Source of the DNA: Thermoanaerobaculia bacterium
GTDB lineage: Bacteria > Acidobacteriota > Thermoanaerobaculia > Gp7-AA8
Assembly (NCBI GenBank): GCA_017883235.1
Contig: JADGNY010000005.1
Location: forward strand, 7,180-71,179
DNA: 64,000 nucleotides
Direction of reading: 5' to 3'
This document shows positions 18,637-26,426 of the stretch, piece by piece. Every line of letters starts with the position of its first letter. Position 1 is the first letter of the stretch. The notes under the pieces are model-generated. The model was not told the DNA's origin, searched no databases, and worked only from the letters and a program-made list of their open reading frames with translations. The translations under genes and the position numbers were made by a program.

Positions 18637-19158
18637 CTAGTTGGATGCCGCCGTAAAGTTGATGGTGTTGTCGATCGCGGCGGCCGCGGCGCTGTCGGCC
18701 ACGACGATGTCCCACGAGTAGCTGCCGGTCGAGGCATAGGTGCCGGTCGACGTCAGGGTTGTGGCGGCGCTGTCGCTGAGGGTGCTGCCGTTCAGCTTCC
18801 AGGCGATACCGCTGGCGGGAGCGCTTCCGAGCTGCGCGGTGAGGGTGTAGTCGGTGCTGGTGAGATTGGCCTTGACGACCTGAACGCCGACCGTCGACGA
18901 GAGCGTCCAGTTGGAGGCGCCTCGGGCAAGCGTGAAGCCGGTCGGCGCGGAGCCGAACTTGCTGATGTTGCCGAGATCGGAGCTGGCAGCGGCGGTGCCG
19001 GTGCCGCTCGTCGTACCACCGGCCGATTCGATCGTCAGGCTGACCGAGCTTTCGACGGTGCCGGTAACGGTGAGTGTGCCCGAGCTGGTTGCAGCGGAGG
19101 CGGTAGATGCAACAGCGAATAAAGCGACGATGAAACAGACTGCGAGGGCGTTTTTCAT
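18637..19158 (-). CDS. Secreted Thr/Ser/Ala-rich beta protein (candidate major fibre subunit, SCPU/Csu-like by layout only)
   Basis: Start at MKNALAVCFIVALFAVASTASA, with AGAGGAGAGAA upstream. The mature N-terminus is SGTLTVTGTVESSVSLTIES. 173 aa. Confidence 0.6.
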   Translation of the reverse strand: MKNALAVCFIVALFAVASTASAATSSGTLTVTGTVESSVSLTIESAGGTTSGTGTAAASSDLGNISKFGSAPTGFTLARGASNWTLSSTVGVQVVKANLTSTDYTLTAQLGSAPASGIAWKLNGSTLSDSAATTLTSTGTYASTGSYSWDIVVADSAAAAAIDNTINFTAASN

Positions 19159-19244
19159 TTCTCTCCTCTTCTTGACTTCTGTGGGTGAAGTCGCGGGGAG
19201 AGGGGAGAAAAATACAAACGATCCGCGGATGACGCAGAAAAACG

Positions 19245-19270
19245 TTAACTTACTTAACTTATAACTTAAC
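19245..19270 (-). promoter_or_regulatory. AT-rich tract with three TAACTTA direct repeats upstream of the fibre operon
   Basis: ttaacttacttaacttataacttaac lies 87-112 bp upstream of the 19158 start codon. It is a conspicuous AT island in a 65% GC genome. Its function is not demonstrated. Confidence 0.3.
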
Positions 19271-19275
19271 GCGAC

Positions 19276-19402
19276 GGAGCGCTGGCGTCTCGCCGGCTGG
19301 CCCGGGGGCGTCTCGCCCCAGTACGGGCCGCACACGAAACATTCCCTCGCAACCCTCAGCGGCGAGACGCCGCCGAGCCAGCCGGCGAGACGCCAGCGCT
19401 CC
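19276..19402. repeat. Hairpin REP/MITE-like element, family GGAGCGCTGGCGTCTCGCCGGCTGG (copy 1)
   Basis: Left arm ggagcgctggcgtctcgccggctggcccgggggcgtctcgcc. Right arm ggcgagacgccgccgagccagccggcgagacgccagcgctcc. Confidence 0.8.
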
Positions 19403-19449
19403 GTTGTGCCGCTTCGCGGCGTTGCCGCTAACGCGGCACCTTGTTACTT

Positions 19450-22400
19450 CTACTTCTTCGCGCTCGGCGCCCGCTTCGGGAACGGCGGGCGGACGTCCTT
19501 CTGCGGTGGATTGGCGGCGAGTTGTTTCATCGCCACTTCGATCGCTTTCTCGAGCTGCGGGTCGCGTCCGGCGATGATGTCGGCCGGGGTCTGTTCGACG
19601 TCGAGATCCGGTGGCACGCCTTCGTTCTCGACCACCCAACCTTCCGGAGTCCAGATGCCGAGGTTCGGCGCGGTGATGGCACCGCCGTCCATCAACATGG
19701 GAAATCCGAGGATGCCGACGAGGCCGCCCCAAGTGCGCTTCCCGACCAGCGTCCCAAGCTGGAGTTTGTGAAACATCCACGGCAGAAGATCGCCGCCCGA
19801 GCCGGCGGTCTCGTCGATGATCATCACCTTCGGTCCCTGGATCGACGCCAGCGGTGTCTTCAGGTCGCCGCCGTAGCGCATGGCCCAGTGGCTGATCATC
19901 GGACGGCGGAGGATGTCGATGTAGTAGTCGGCCACGCTGCCGCCGCCGTTGTGGCGCTCGTCGACGATGATGGCGTCGCGGTCGGCCTGCGGGAAGAAAT
20001 AGCGTTTGAAGTAGGTGTAGCCGGCGCCGGCGGTGTTCGGCACATAGACGTAGGCGACGCGCCCGTTGGTGGCCTCGGTGACCTTGCGCAGGTTGCCTTC
20101 CACCCAATCGCGGTTGCGAAGGTTCAATTCGTCTTCGATGGGGACGACCTTCACGACGCGCGAGCCGCTGCCGTCGGCGTTCGGTCCGACCGTAAGCTCG
20201 ACGATGCGCCCCGCGGTCTGTTCGAAGCGGCTGTAGAGATCTTCGGGATACTTGAGATCTCTGCCGTCGACCGCGAGGAGGTACTCCCCTGCCTTCACAT
20301 CGACGCCGGGCTCGGTGAGCGGCGAGCGGAGCTCGGGGTTCCAATTGAGACCGCCGTAAACCTTGGCGAAGCGATAGCGGCCGTTGTCGACTTTGTAGTC
20401 GGCGCCGAGCAGGCCTCCGGGGATCGACTCGACATCGGCGAGGGAATCGCCGCCGCCGAGGCGATGATGGCCGACGGAAAGCTCGGACGACATCCACATC
20501 ATCACGCGATTGAGATCGCCGCGCACCGTCAGGTCGGGAAGGAAGACGGCGTACTTGGCGCGCATGGCGTTCCAGTCGGCGCCGTGCATGTCGGGGTCGT
20601 AGAAGTAGTCGCGGTTGATGCGCCAGGCCTCATCGAAGATCTGCCGCCATTCGGCACGCGGATCGATCTTCACCTGGATCTTGTCGATGGCGAGCTTGAA
20701 CTTGGAAGGATCGAGCTTCTCGCCGACGTCGATGAGGGCCAGACCGTCTTTGTCGAGCAGCATCCGCTTCCCGTCGGCGGAGAGCTGGAAGTCGTCGACC
20801 TTCTCGAGCAGCGTCTCTTCCTTGCGCTTTTCGAGGTCGAAGCGCTGCAGGCTCTTCTCCTCGCTGCCGGAGCGGTTGAAGCCAGCCGATTTGAGATAGA
20901 AAATCTGGCCGCTCTTGCCGACCTGCAGCGAGTCGTAACCGGCGGGTTTCGGTGGCAGCGACACGATCCGCTGCGTGAGGCCGTCGAAGTCGACGACGAC
21001 CTTGACCGTCTTCGCGGCCGCGCTCTTGGTCTTGTCGGCGCTGGCCTTCTCGTCGGCCGGCTTGTCGCTTGCCTTCGTCTCCGGCTTCATGGCCGATTCG
21101 TCGGCGGACTTGGCGGTCTCTTCGTCGCTTTCCTTAGCGATCGGCGAGACGACACCCTTCGCCAGAACGGCCAGGTAGATCGACTGGGTCGAGCGGAGGT
21201 CTGCGTTGGACTGTGCAAACCAATCCTCGACCGGGCCGGCATCGGTCGAGGCGAGGAAGTAGAGGTACTTGCCGTTCGGATCGAACACCGGCTGGCTGGC
21301 GTCGGTGTAGGGATCGGTGAGCGGGTACGACTTCTTCTCGCTGACCGAGTAGAGATAGATGCGGTTCATGTACGTCTGCGTGTTGCGCGTGTAGGCCAGC
21401 CACTGCGAGTCGGGCGACCAGGAGTGGTTGAGCACGCGCACTGGGCCGTAGAGGACGTCGCTCGACACTTTGTCGCCGGCGCCGGTAGCGACGTCGACGA
21501 CATGGATCGAGCGCGAGTTGTCGGCAAAGCTGATCTTCTTCGAGTCGGGAGACCACTTCGGGTCGTCGTAGAAACCGGCGCCGTCGATCTTGATCTCGCG
21601 CGGCGTCCCCTTCCCTTCCTGGTCGCCGATGTAGAGGCGGTACTCGCCGCCGCGGTCGGAGAACCAGGCGATCGACTTGCCGTCCGGCGACCAGGCCGGC
21701 GAACGGTCGTTCGCGGCGGGGGTGTTCGTCAGATTGCGGTCGTCGCCTTTCTCGCGCGGCACCGTGAAGATCTCGCCGCGGAACTCGAACGCCGCTCGCG
21801 CACCGGAGGGCGAGATTGAAGCATTGCGGATGTACTTTTTTCCTTTGACGAAACGCGGCAGCGACTCGACGAGGTCGGCGGCGACGCCGACCTTGAGGCG
21901 GTTGTCGCTGGCCGTCTTCGGATCGAGCAGATGGATGTAGCCGGCCTGTTCGTAGATGACTTTGCCGCCGCCGGCCGATGCGTTCACGACGGGGAAGTCG
22001 GTGTGATTCGTCAGCCGCGTGATCTTCTTCGTGGCGGGGTCGTAGCTGTAGATGTTGAACTCACCGTCGCGGTCGGAGCGGAAGTAGATCCTGCCGTCGA
22101 GCCACATCGGATCGGTGTCGTTGCATCGGCCCGCCGGCTGCGGTACGTGCTCGGTGGCGTAGGTGGCCGTATCGAAGATGACCAGGTTCGAGACCTGCCC
22201 GCCGCGGTAGTGCTTCCACTCGTTGAAGGCGTCGCCGAGCGGGACGTAGACGATCTTCTTTCCGTCCGATGAGAAGACCGCCTTGGCCGCATGCGGAATG
22301 GGAAGCTTGGTGGCCATCCCGCCGCCGACCGGTACCGTGAAGAGCTGGACGTAGCGTCCGGTGTAGACCTCGCGCGGCGAGGTGAAGAGTACGTTCGCTC

Positions 22401-22758
22401 CATCCGGGGTGAATCCGAGCGCGACGTCGTTCCTCGGGTGCCACGTCAGCCGCTTCGGCACTCCCCCCTCGGACGGGACGATATAGACGTCCGTGTTGCC
22501 CTCGTATCGTCCGGTGAAGGCGATCCACTTCCCGTCGGGCGAGAAGCGGGGCCCCGATTCGATGCCGGGATGCGACGTCAGCCGCCGTACACCGGTGCCG
22601 TCGAGGTTCGCCACCCAGATGTCGTTCGCGTATGCGAAGGCGATGCGGTCGCCGCTGACCGCGGGATCGGAGAGAAGACGGGTGTCGTGAATGTCGACCG
22701 CGAGGAGCGGCAGTGCGGACAGCACGAGGACGGAAAGCAGCAAGGCACGAACGCGCAT
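19450..22758 (-). CDS. Tricorn protease homologue (S41 family, beta-propeller plus PDZ plus peptidase)
   Basis: 1102 aa with a signal peptide, then LSDPAVSGDRIAFAYANDIWVANLDGTGVRRLTSHPG.E..PRFSPDGKWIAFTG.YEGN.DVY, the typical tricorn N-terminus. The C-terminal S41 core is ...DERHNGGG.... Confidence 0.9.
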   Translation of the reverse strand: MRVRALLLSVLVLSALPLLAVDIHDTRLLSDPAVSGDRIAFAYANDIWVANLDGTGVRRLTSHPGIESGPRFSPDGKWIAFTGRYEGNTDVYIVPSEGGVPKRLTWHPRNDVALGFTPDGANVLFTSPREVYTGRYVQLFTVPVGGGMATKLPIPHAAKAVFSSDGKKIVYVPLGDAFNEWKHYRGGQVSNLVIFDTATYATEHVPQPAGRCNDTDPMWLDGRIYFRSDRDGEFNIYSYDPATKKITRLTNHTDFPVVNASAGGGKVIYEQAGYIHLLDPKTASDNRLKVGVAADLVESLPRFVKGKKYIRNASISPSGARAAFEFRGEIFTVPREKGDDRNLTNTPAANDRSPAWSPDGKSIAWFSDRGGEYRLYIGDQEGKGTPREIKIDGAGFYDDPKWSPDSKKISFADNSRSIHVVDVATGAGDKVSSDVLYGPVRVLNHSWSPDSQWLAYTRNTQTYMNRIYLYSVSEKKSYPLTDPYTDASQPVFDPNGKYLYFLASTDAGPVEDWFAQSNADLRSTQSIYLAVLAKGVVSPIAKESDEETAKSADESAMKPETKASDKPADEKASADKTKSAAAKTVKVVVDFDGLTQRIVSLPPKPAGYDSLQVGKSGQIFYLKSAGFNRSGSEEKSLQRFDLEKRKEETLLEKVDDFQLSADGKRMLLDKDGLALIDVGEKLDPSKFKLAIDKIQVKIDPRAEWRQIFDEAWRINRDYFYDPDMHGADWNAMRAKYAVFLPDLTVRGDLNRVMMWMSSELSVGHHRLGGGDSLADVESIPGGLLGADYKVDNGRYRFAKVYGGLNWNPELRSPLTEPGVDVKAGEYLLAVDGRDLKYPEDLYSRFEQTAGRIVELTVGPNADGSGSRVVKVVPIEDELNLRNRDWVEGNLRKVTEATNGRVAYVYVPNTAGAGYTYFKRYFFPQADRDAIIVDERHNGGGSVADYYIDILRRPMISHWAMRYGGDLKTPLASIQGPKVMIIDETAGSGGDLLPWMFHKLQLGTLVGKRTWGGLVGILGFPMLMDGGAITAPNLGIWTPEGWVVENEGVPPDLDVEQTPADIIAGRDPQLEKAIEVAMKQLAANPPQKDVRPPFPKRAPSAKK

Positions 22759-22847
22759 TTGGGAAGCTCCTGCAAGGTGGGATGGACTGCCGGGTGACTG
22801 TAGCGCGAAAGAGCGGCGGATTAAAATGACGAAATGGCAAACGCGCC

Positions 22848-22997
22848 GGAGCGCTGGCGTCTCGCCGGCTGGCCCGGGGGCGTCTCGCCCCCGGACTGCA
22901 AGACTCGATACATTCGCCTGGTAACCTCAGCGGCGAGACCCTTCGGCTTCGCTCAGGGCAGGCTCTGCCGAGCCAGCCGGCGAGACGCCAGCGCTCC
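22848..22997. repeat. Hairpin REP/MITE-like element, same family (copy 2)
   Basis: It has the same terminal arms as 19276-19402 (ggagcgctggcgtctcgccggctggcccgggggcgtctcgcc ... gccagccggcgagacgccagcgctcc). Confidence 0.8.
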
Positions 22998-23138
22998 GGC
23001 CGCGAATCGCTCAAGTTGAGGCCATTGCGGTTTCAACCGGTTTCACATCGATTCTGCTGGGAATCGTAAATCGTTCACAAGCTTGCACTTAGGAAGCACG
23101 AGGTGAAACTGCCTGGCGGTAATAAGGCGGAATCATTG

Positions 23139-23670
23139 TTTGCGATGCCGCAACCAACGGTTGCGATGCCGCAAGCAACGGTTGCGATGCCGCAAGCAAC
23201 GGTTGCGATGCCGCAACCAACGCTTGCGATGCCGCAACCAACGCTTGCGGTGCCGCAACCAACGCTTGCGATGCCGCAACCAACGCTTGCGATGCCGCAA
23301 CCAACGCTTGCGATGCCGCAACCAACGCTTGCGATGCCGCAACCAACGGCTTGCGATGCCGCAACCAACGCTTGTGATGCCGCAACCGACGCTTGTGATG
23401 CCGCAACCAACCGCTTGCGATGCCGCAACCAACGCTTGCGATGCCGCAACCAACGCTTTGCGATGCCGCAACCGACGCTTGTGATGCCGCAACCAACCGC
23501 TTGCGATGCCGCAACCAACGCTTGCGATGCCGCAACCAACGCTTTGCGATGCCGCAACGAATGCTTACGATATCGCAAAGAATGATTGCGATGCCGCAAA
23601 GAGTGCTTGCGATACCGCAAAGAACGATTGCGATGCCGCAACCGCTGGTTCGGATCTCGCAAAAACTTCA
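23139..23670. repeat. Minisatellite: about 25 tandem copies of a 21-bp unit TTGCGATGCCGCAACCAACGC
   Basis: Counted by eye, there are about 24 clear units plus one degenerate unit. Five units are 22 bp. Each unit contains the hairpin (g)ttgcg-atgc-cgcaa(c). An 86-bp higher-order duplication is present (about 23380-23465 versus 23466-23551). The units decay toward the right end. Confidence 0.9.
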
Positions 23671-23709
23671 CGGAACCAGGCAGAGAGGTTCGATCAGCAG
23701 GACCGATGT

Positions 23710-23733
23710 GGCACAGACACTCTTGTCTGTGCC
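23710..23733. repeat. 24-bp palindrome ggcacagacactcttgtctgtgcc (REP family B)
   Basis: The same palindrome occurs at 13237, 13388 and 23982. Confidence 0.7.
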
Positions 23734-23759
23734 AATTGCCGCGTTAGCGGCAACGAGAA

Positions 23760-23938
23760 GGTAGCCAGGGGTGCGAGCGTTTTTTGCGAGCACCCCTGGT
23801 AACGAGATGCCTGGTTTGGTGCCGCGTCAGCGGCACTTGAGTAGTCGGGGAGTCCATCCAGTGCCGCTGACGCGGCACGATTTCAGATCGCACCTGTTCC
23901 AGGGGTGCTCGCAAAAAACGCTCGCACCCCTGGCTACC
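23760..23938. repeat. MITE-like nested hairpin with 40-bp perfect terminal inverted repeats
   Basis: 23760-23799 (ggtagccaggggtgcgagcgttttttgcgagcacccctgg) is the exact reverse complement of 23899-23938. An inner inverted repeat pairs gtgccgcgtcagcggcac with gtgccgctgacgcggcac. Confidence 0.75.
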
Positions 23939-24072
23939 GTCTTGAGCCGCTATCGCGGCGTCGTAACGTCCAATCTTCAGGGGCACAGACACTCTTGTCT
24001 GTGCCTGTCTCCGGCTTGAATCCGCCGGGTTGCTGGGTCTCGCGTTCGGCGTACCCAGCAACCCTCCAATAG

Positions 24073-25008
24073 CTACGCCTTCGGCTCCGCCGGTTCCGGT
24101 GTCCCCGTCAACTGGCGCTGCGCCATCGCGGCCATGCCCATCAGGCCGCCCATCCCCATCGACTCCACCGCCGTCGACGGGACGATCATCATCGCGCCCT
24201 TCTCCTTGAGGCCTTCGTAGAGCATGTTCATGGCTCGGAGATGCAGCGCTGTCGGGTTGTCGTGATACGAGATCGACGCTGTCTGGAAGAGCTTGGCGAT
24301 CTCCACTTCCGCCTCGCCGAGGATGATGCGGGCCGCTTTCTCGCGCGTGGCCTGCGCCTCGCGCGACATGGCGTCCTGCAGGGCATCGGGGATGATCACG
24401 TCGCGCATCTCCACCGACTGCACGGTCACGCCCCAGGGATTGCAGCGGGCATCGATCAACTCCTGAAGTTGCTCTTCGATCTTCTCCCGGCCGCGCAGCA
24501 GATCGCTCAGCGACGTGCGCCCGATGATGTCGCGCAACGCGGTCTGCGCCGCCCAGCTCACCGCATCCTGATACTGCTGCACTTCCAGCGCCGCCTTCTC
24601 CGCGTCGTAGACCATCCAGAAGAGGACGGCGTCGACGTTGACCGGCACCGTGTCGGATGTCAGCGTCTGTTCGGCGGCGAAGCTGGTGGTGATAACGCGC
24701 TGGTCGATCCACGACGACACGCTGTCGATGAACGGCACGATCCAGAAGAGTCCTGGTCCGTGCAGTCCGATGAATTTGCCGAGGCGCAGAACGACCGCCT
24801 TCTCCCACTGCTTGGCCACCTTCGGCGATTGCATCAGGACGAGACCGAGAACGGCACCGCTGATGATCCACACCGGATTCTCCGTGGTGATGACACCAGC
24901 CAGTCCGATGAGCACCGGAACGACCAGGACGAAAATCGCCACGATGTTGGGGCGCGGCTGGGTCCCGGCACGATTGCGCTCTCTGTTGGGGATAGTGATG
25001 GCTAACAT
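24073..25008 (-). CDS. SPFH/Band 7 (slipin/stomatin-like) membrane protein
   Basis: Two N-terminal TM helices, then KQWEKAVVLRLGKF...TSDTVPVNVDAVLFWMV...GVTVQSVEMRDVIIP. Confidence 0.85.
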   Translation of the reverse strand: MLAITIPNRERNRAGTQPRPNIVAIFVLVVPVLIGLAGVITTENPVWIISGAVLGLVLMQSPKVAKQWEKAVVLRLGKFIGLHGPGLFWIVPFIDSVSSWIDQRVITTSFAAEQTLTSDTVPVNVDAVLFWMVYDAEKAALEVQQYQDAVSWAAQTALRDIIGRTSLSDLLRGREKIEEQLQELIDARCNPWGVTVQSVEMRDVIIPDALQDAMSREAQATREKAARIILGEAEVEIAKLFQTASISYHDNPTALHLRAMNMLYEGLKEKGAMMIVPSTAVESMGMGGLMGMAAMAQRQLTGTPEPAEPKA

Positions 25009-25010
25009 GA

Positions 25011-25400
25011 TCAGTTCTCTCCTTCCTTCAGTCGCCGCGTGAGCTCTTTGATGGCCTCGCGCGGCGAATACCCGAGGGCTGCAGAATCCGTGAGGAAGCG
25101 GTCGATGTGCGCGGCCAGGCGGCGTTCCCGATGCCCGGCGTGCGACGACTTCGGCACCGAGTCGGAGATGAACGTCCCCACTCCACGCCGGGTGACCAGC
25201 ACCCCTTCGCGTTCGAGCGTGAGGTAGACCTTGGCCACAGTGTTGGCGTTGACGCGAAGGTCGACCGCGAGCTGGCGGACGGTAGGCAACTGATCGCCAG
25301 GCCGCAGCCGCCGCGTGGCGATGGCGACGCGAATGCCGCGCTCGAGCTGGGCGTAGATCGGCGTTCGGTCGTTGGCATCGATGGAGATGGGGGCGGTCAC
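25011..25400 (-). CDS. GntR-family (YtrA-like, short) transcriptional regulator
   Basis: PIYAQLERGIRVAIATRRLRPGDQLPTVRQLAVDLRVNANTVAKVYLTLEREGVLVTRRGVGTFI. The stop codon lies 2 nt before the SPFH start. Confidence 0.85.
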   Translation of the reverse strand: MTAPISIDANDRTPIYAQLERGIRVAIATRRLRPGDQLPTVRQLAVDLRVNANTVAKVYLTLEREGVLVTRRGVGTFISDSVPKSSHAGHRERRLAAHIDRFLTDSAALGYSPREAIKELTRRLKEGEN

Positions 25401-25464
25401 TCGACTGTTCTCTTGTACTACTAATTTAGTACATCTTTCGCGAAAGTCAAGGGGGACCCAGAAA

Positions 25465-25630
25465 GCCGGCTAACGCTAACCCGCATTTCTCACACTCTCG
25501 CTGGAATCGTCGCCACCCTGTTACTCGTCGAGAGCCTTCTCCCCCAGCGCTTTTCAGCTGGGGGAGAAGGACTCTCGACGTAAGGGCGCTGCAAGTGGTT
25601 CAGACAGACTGTGAGAAATGCCGGCTAACC
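25465..25630. repeat. Nested hairpin element
   Basis: The outer inverted repeat pairs gcatttctcaca with tgtgagaaatgc. The inner one pairs cgtcgagagccttctcccccagc with gctgggggagaaggactctcgacg. Both ends are flanked by gccggctaac. Confidence 0.6.
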
Positions 25631-25711
25631 TTCGGCGAACCTACGGCCAGCTGCGCCGAAGAGCGTGTCATGCTCTTCTCACGCAGCGGGTGATGATGAC
25701 GCGGGAGCGCG

Positions 25712-25900
25712 TCAGGATTCCCAGGCCCGCCGTGCATCGGCGAGTTTTCGATCGGTCGCACGTTGCAGCGCCCCGCTCAGTCGAGCCAGCTCGCGAAGCT
25801 CTTCGAGCTTCTGTAAACGTTCGGCGGGCGTGGCGCGGCGCCAGACCTCGCGATAGAAATCGCGCTGCGCCTCCCATCCCCCGCTCCAGTCGCTATCCAT
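25712..25900 (-). CDS. Small helical protein overlapping the 3' end of the nucleotidyltransferase gene
   Basis: 62 aa with an 8-nt overlap with the upstream gene. It could still be a chance ORF. Confidence 0.35.
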   Translation of the reverse strand: MDSDWSGGWEAQRDFYREVWRRATPAERLQKLEELRELARLSGALQRATDRKLADARRAWES

Positions 25901-26378
25901 CGATCTTCTCCAACTCCTCGATATCGCGCAGATCCTCGGGACGTCCGGCGATCCGTTTCAGTGCAATCAAATCAGGAATGGAAGCAATTCGCAGCGTCGT
26001 GGTGGCGAGCGTTACCAACTTCGCCCGCCGATAAAGATCGTCGAAGGGAATGGGCGACTCGGCCAGGATATCGATCACAGTCGGCGGCGTCTGGCTGTCA
26101 TGAAGTGAAAGAGCCTTCATGTTCTTTTCCTCGATCCACCGGCGACGGATCTGCTCGTCCGCGAACTGGCGGAGATCGATCGGGATATTCGCGACAAACC
26201 CCGCTGCCTGCAAAACCTGGATGGCTTTGCGCGTTTCCGTGGGCTCCAGGTCGAGGATCAGGTCCAGATCGGCGGTGAGACGCGGATAGCCGTGGAGGAC
26301 CACCGCTATGCCGCCGACGACCACGTAACGAACGTCATGCTCATTCAGGAGCGCAAGAATCCTTTCAAACGAAATCAT
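25893..26378 (-). CDS. Nucleotidyltransferase-fold protein (minimal NTase, TA-like family)
   Basis: LLNEHDVRYVVVGGIAVVLHGYPRLTADLDLILD has the GG...D.D pattern typical of small NTase proteins. Confidence 0.6.
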   Translation of the reverse strand: MISFERILALLNEHDVRYVVVGGIAVVLHGYPRLTADLDLILDLEPTETRKAIQVLQAAGFVANIPIDLRQFADEQIRRRWIEEKNMKALSLHDSQTPPTVIDILAESPIPFDDLYRRAKLVTLATTTLRIASIPDLIALKRIAGRPEDLRDIEELEKIDG

Positions 26379-26426
26379 TGATGATCGTCATGCCTCGAAG
26401 GGCGTTTTCGGCTTCCGGCATGGACG

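Noticed and set aside
17282-19335. 5' extensions of the fibre-operon ORFs as given in the track (starts at 17398, 18384, 18715 and 19335). Similar extensions occur for 1885, 2904, 5343, 31690, 34493, 35316, 38987 and 45528.
   Set aside because: The extensions are Arg/Pro-rich, overlap upstream genes or REP elements, and precede internal ATGs. Those internal ATGs have Shine-Dalgarno-like sequences and begin with obvious signal peptides or conserved N-termini.
19441-21819. Very long antisense ORFs opposite well-supported genes, for example 19441-21819 (+), 140-1237 (+), 4171-5253 (+), 31810-33633 (+), 41710-43443 (-), 50950-52440 (+) and 61498-63093 (-).
   Set aside because: These are typical high-GC artefacts. 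Their composition is Arg/Ala/Gly/Asp-rich and they carry no motifs. The opposite strand encodes proteins with unambiguous family signatures (tricorn, SPFH, tkt, ABC, lipA, rhuM, tilS).
23075-23671. Six overlapping ORFs (114-198 aa) across the 21-bp repeat, and the possibility that the array is a CRISPR.
   Set aside because: The unit simply lacks stop codons in all frames, and the five 22-bp units shift the frame repeatedly. The repeats are contiguous with no unique spacers, and there is no cas gene, so this is not a CRISPR. I treat it as a non-coding minisatellite.
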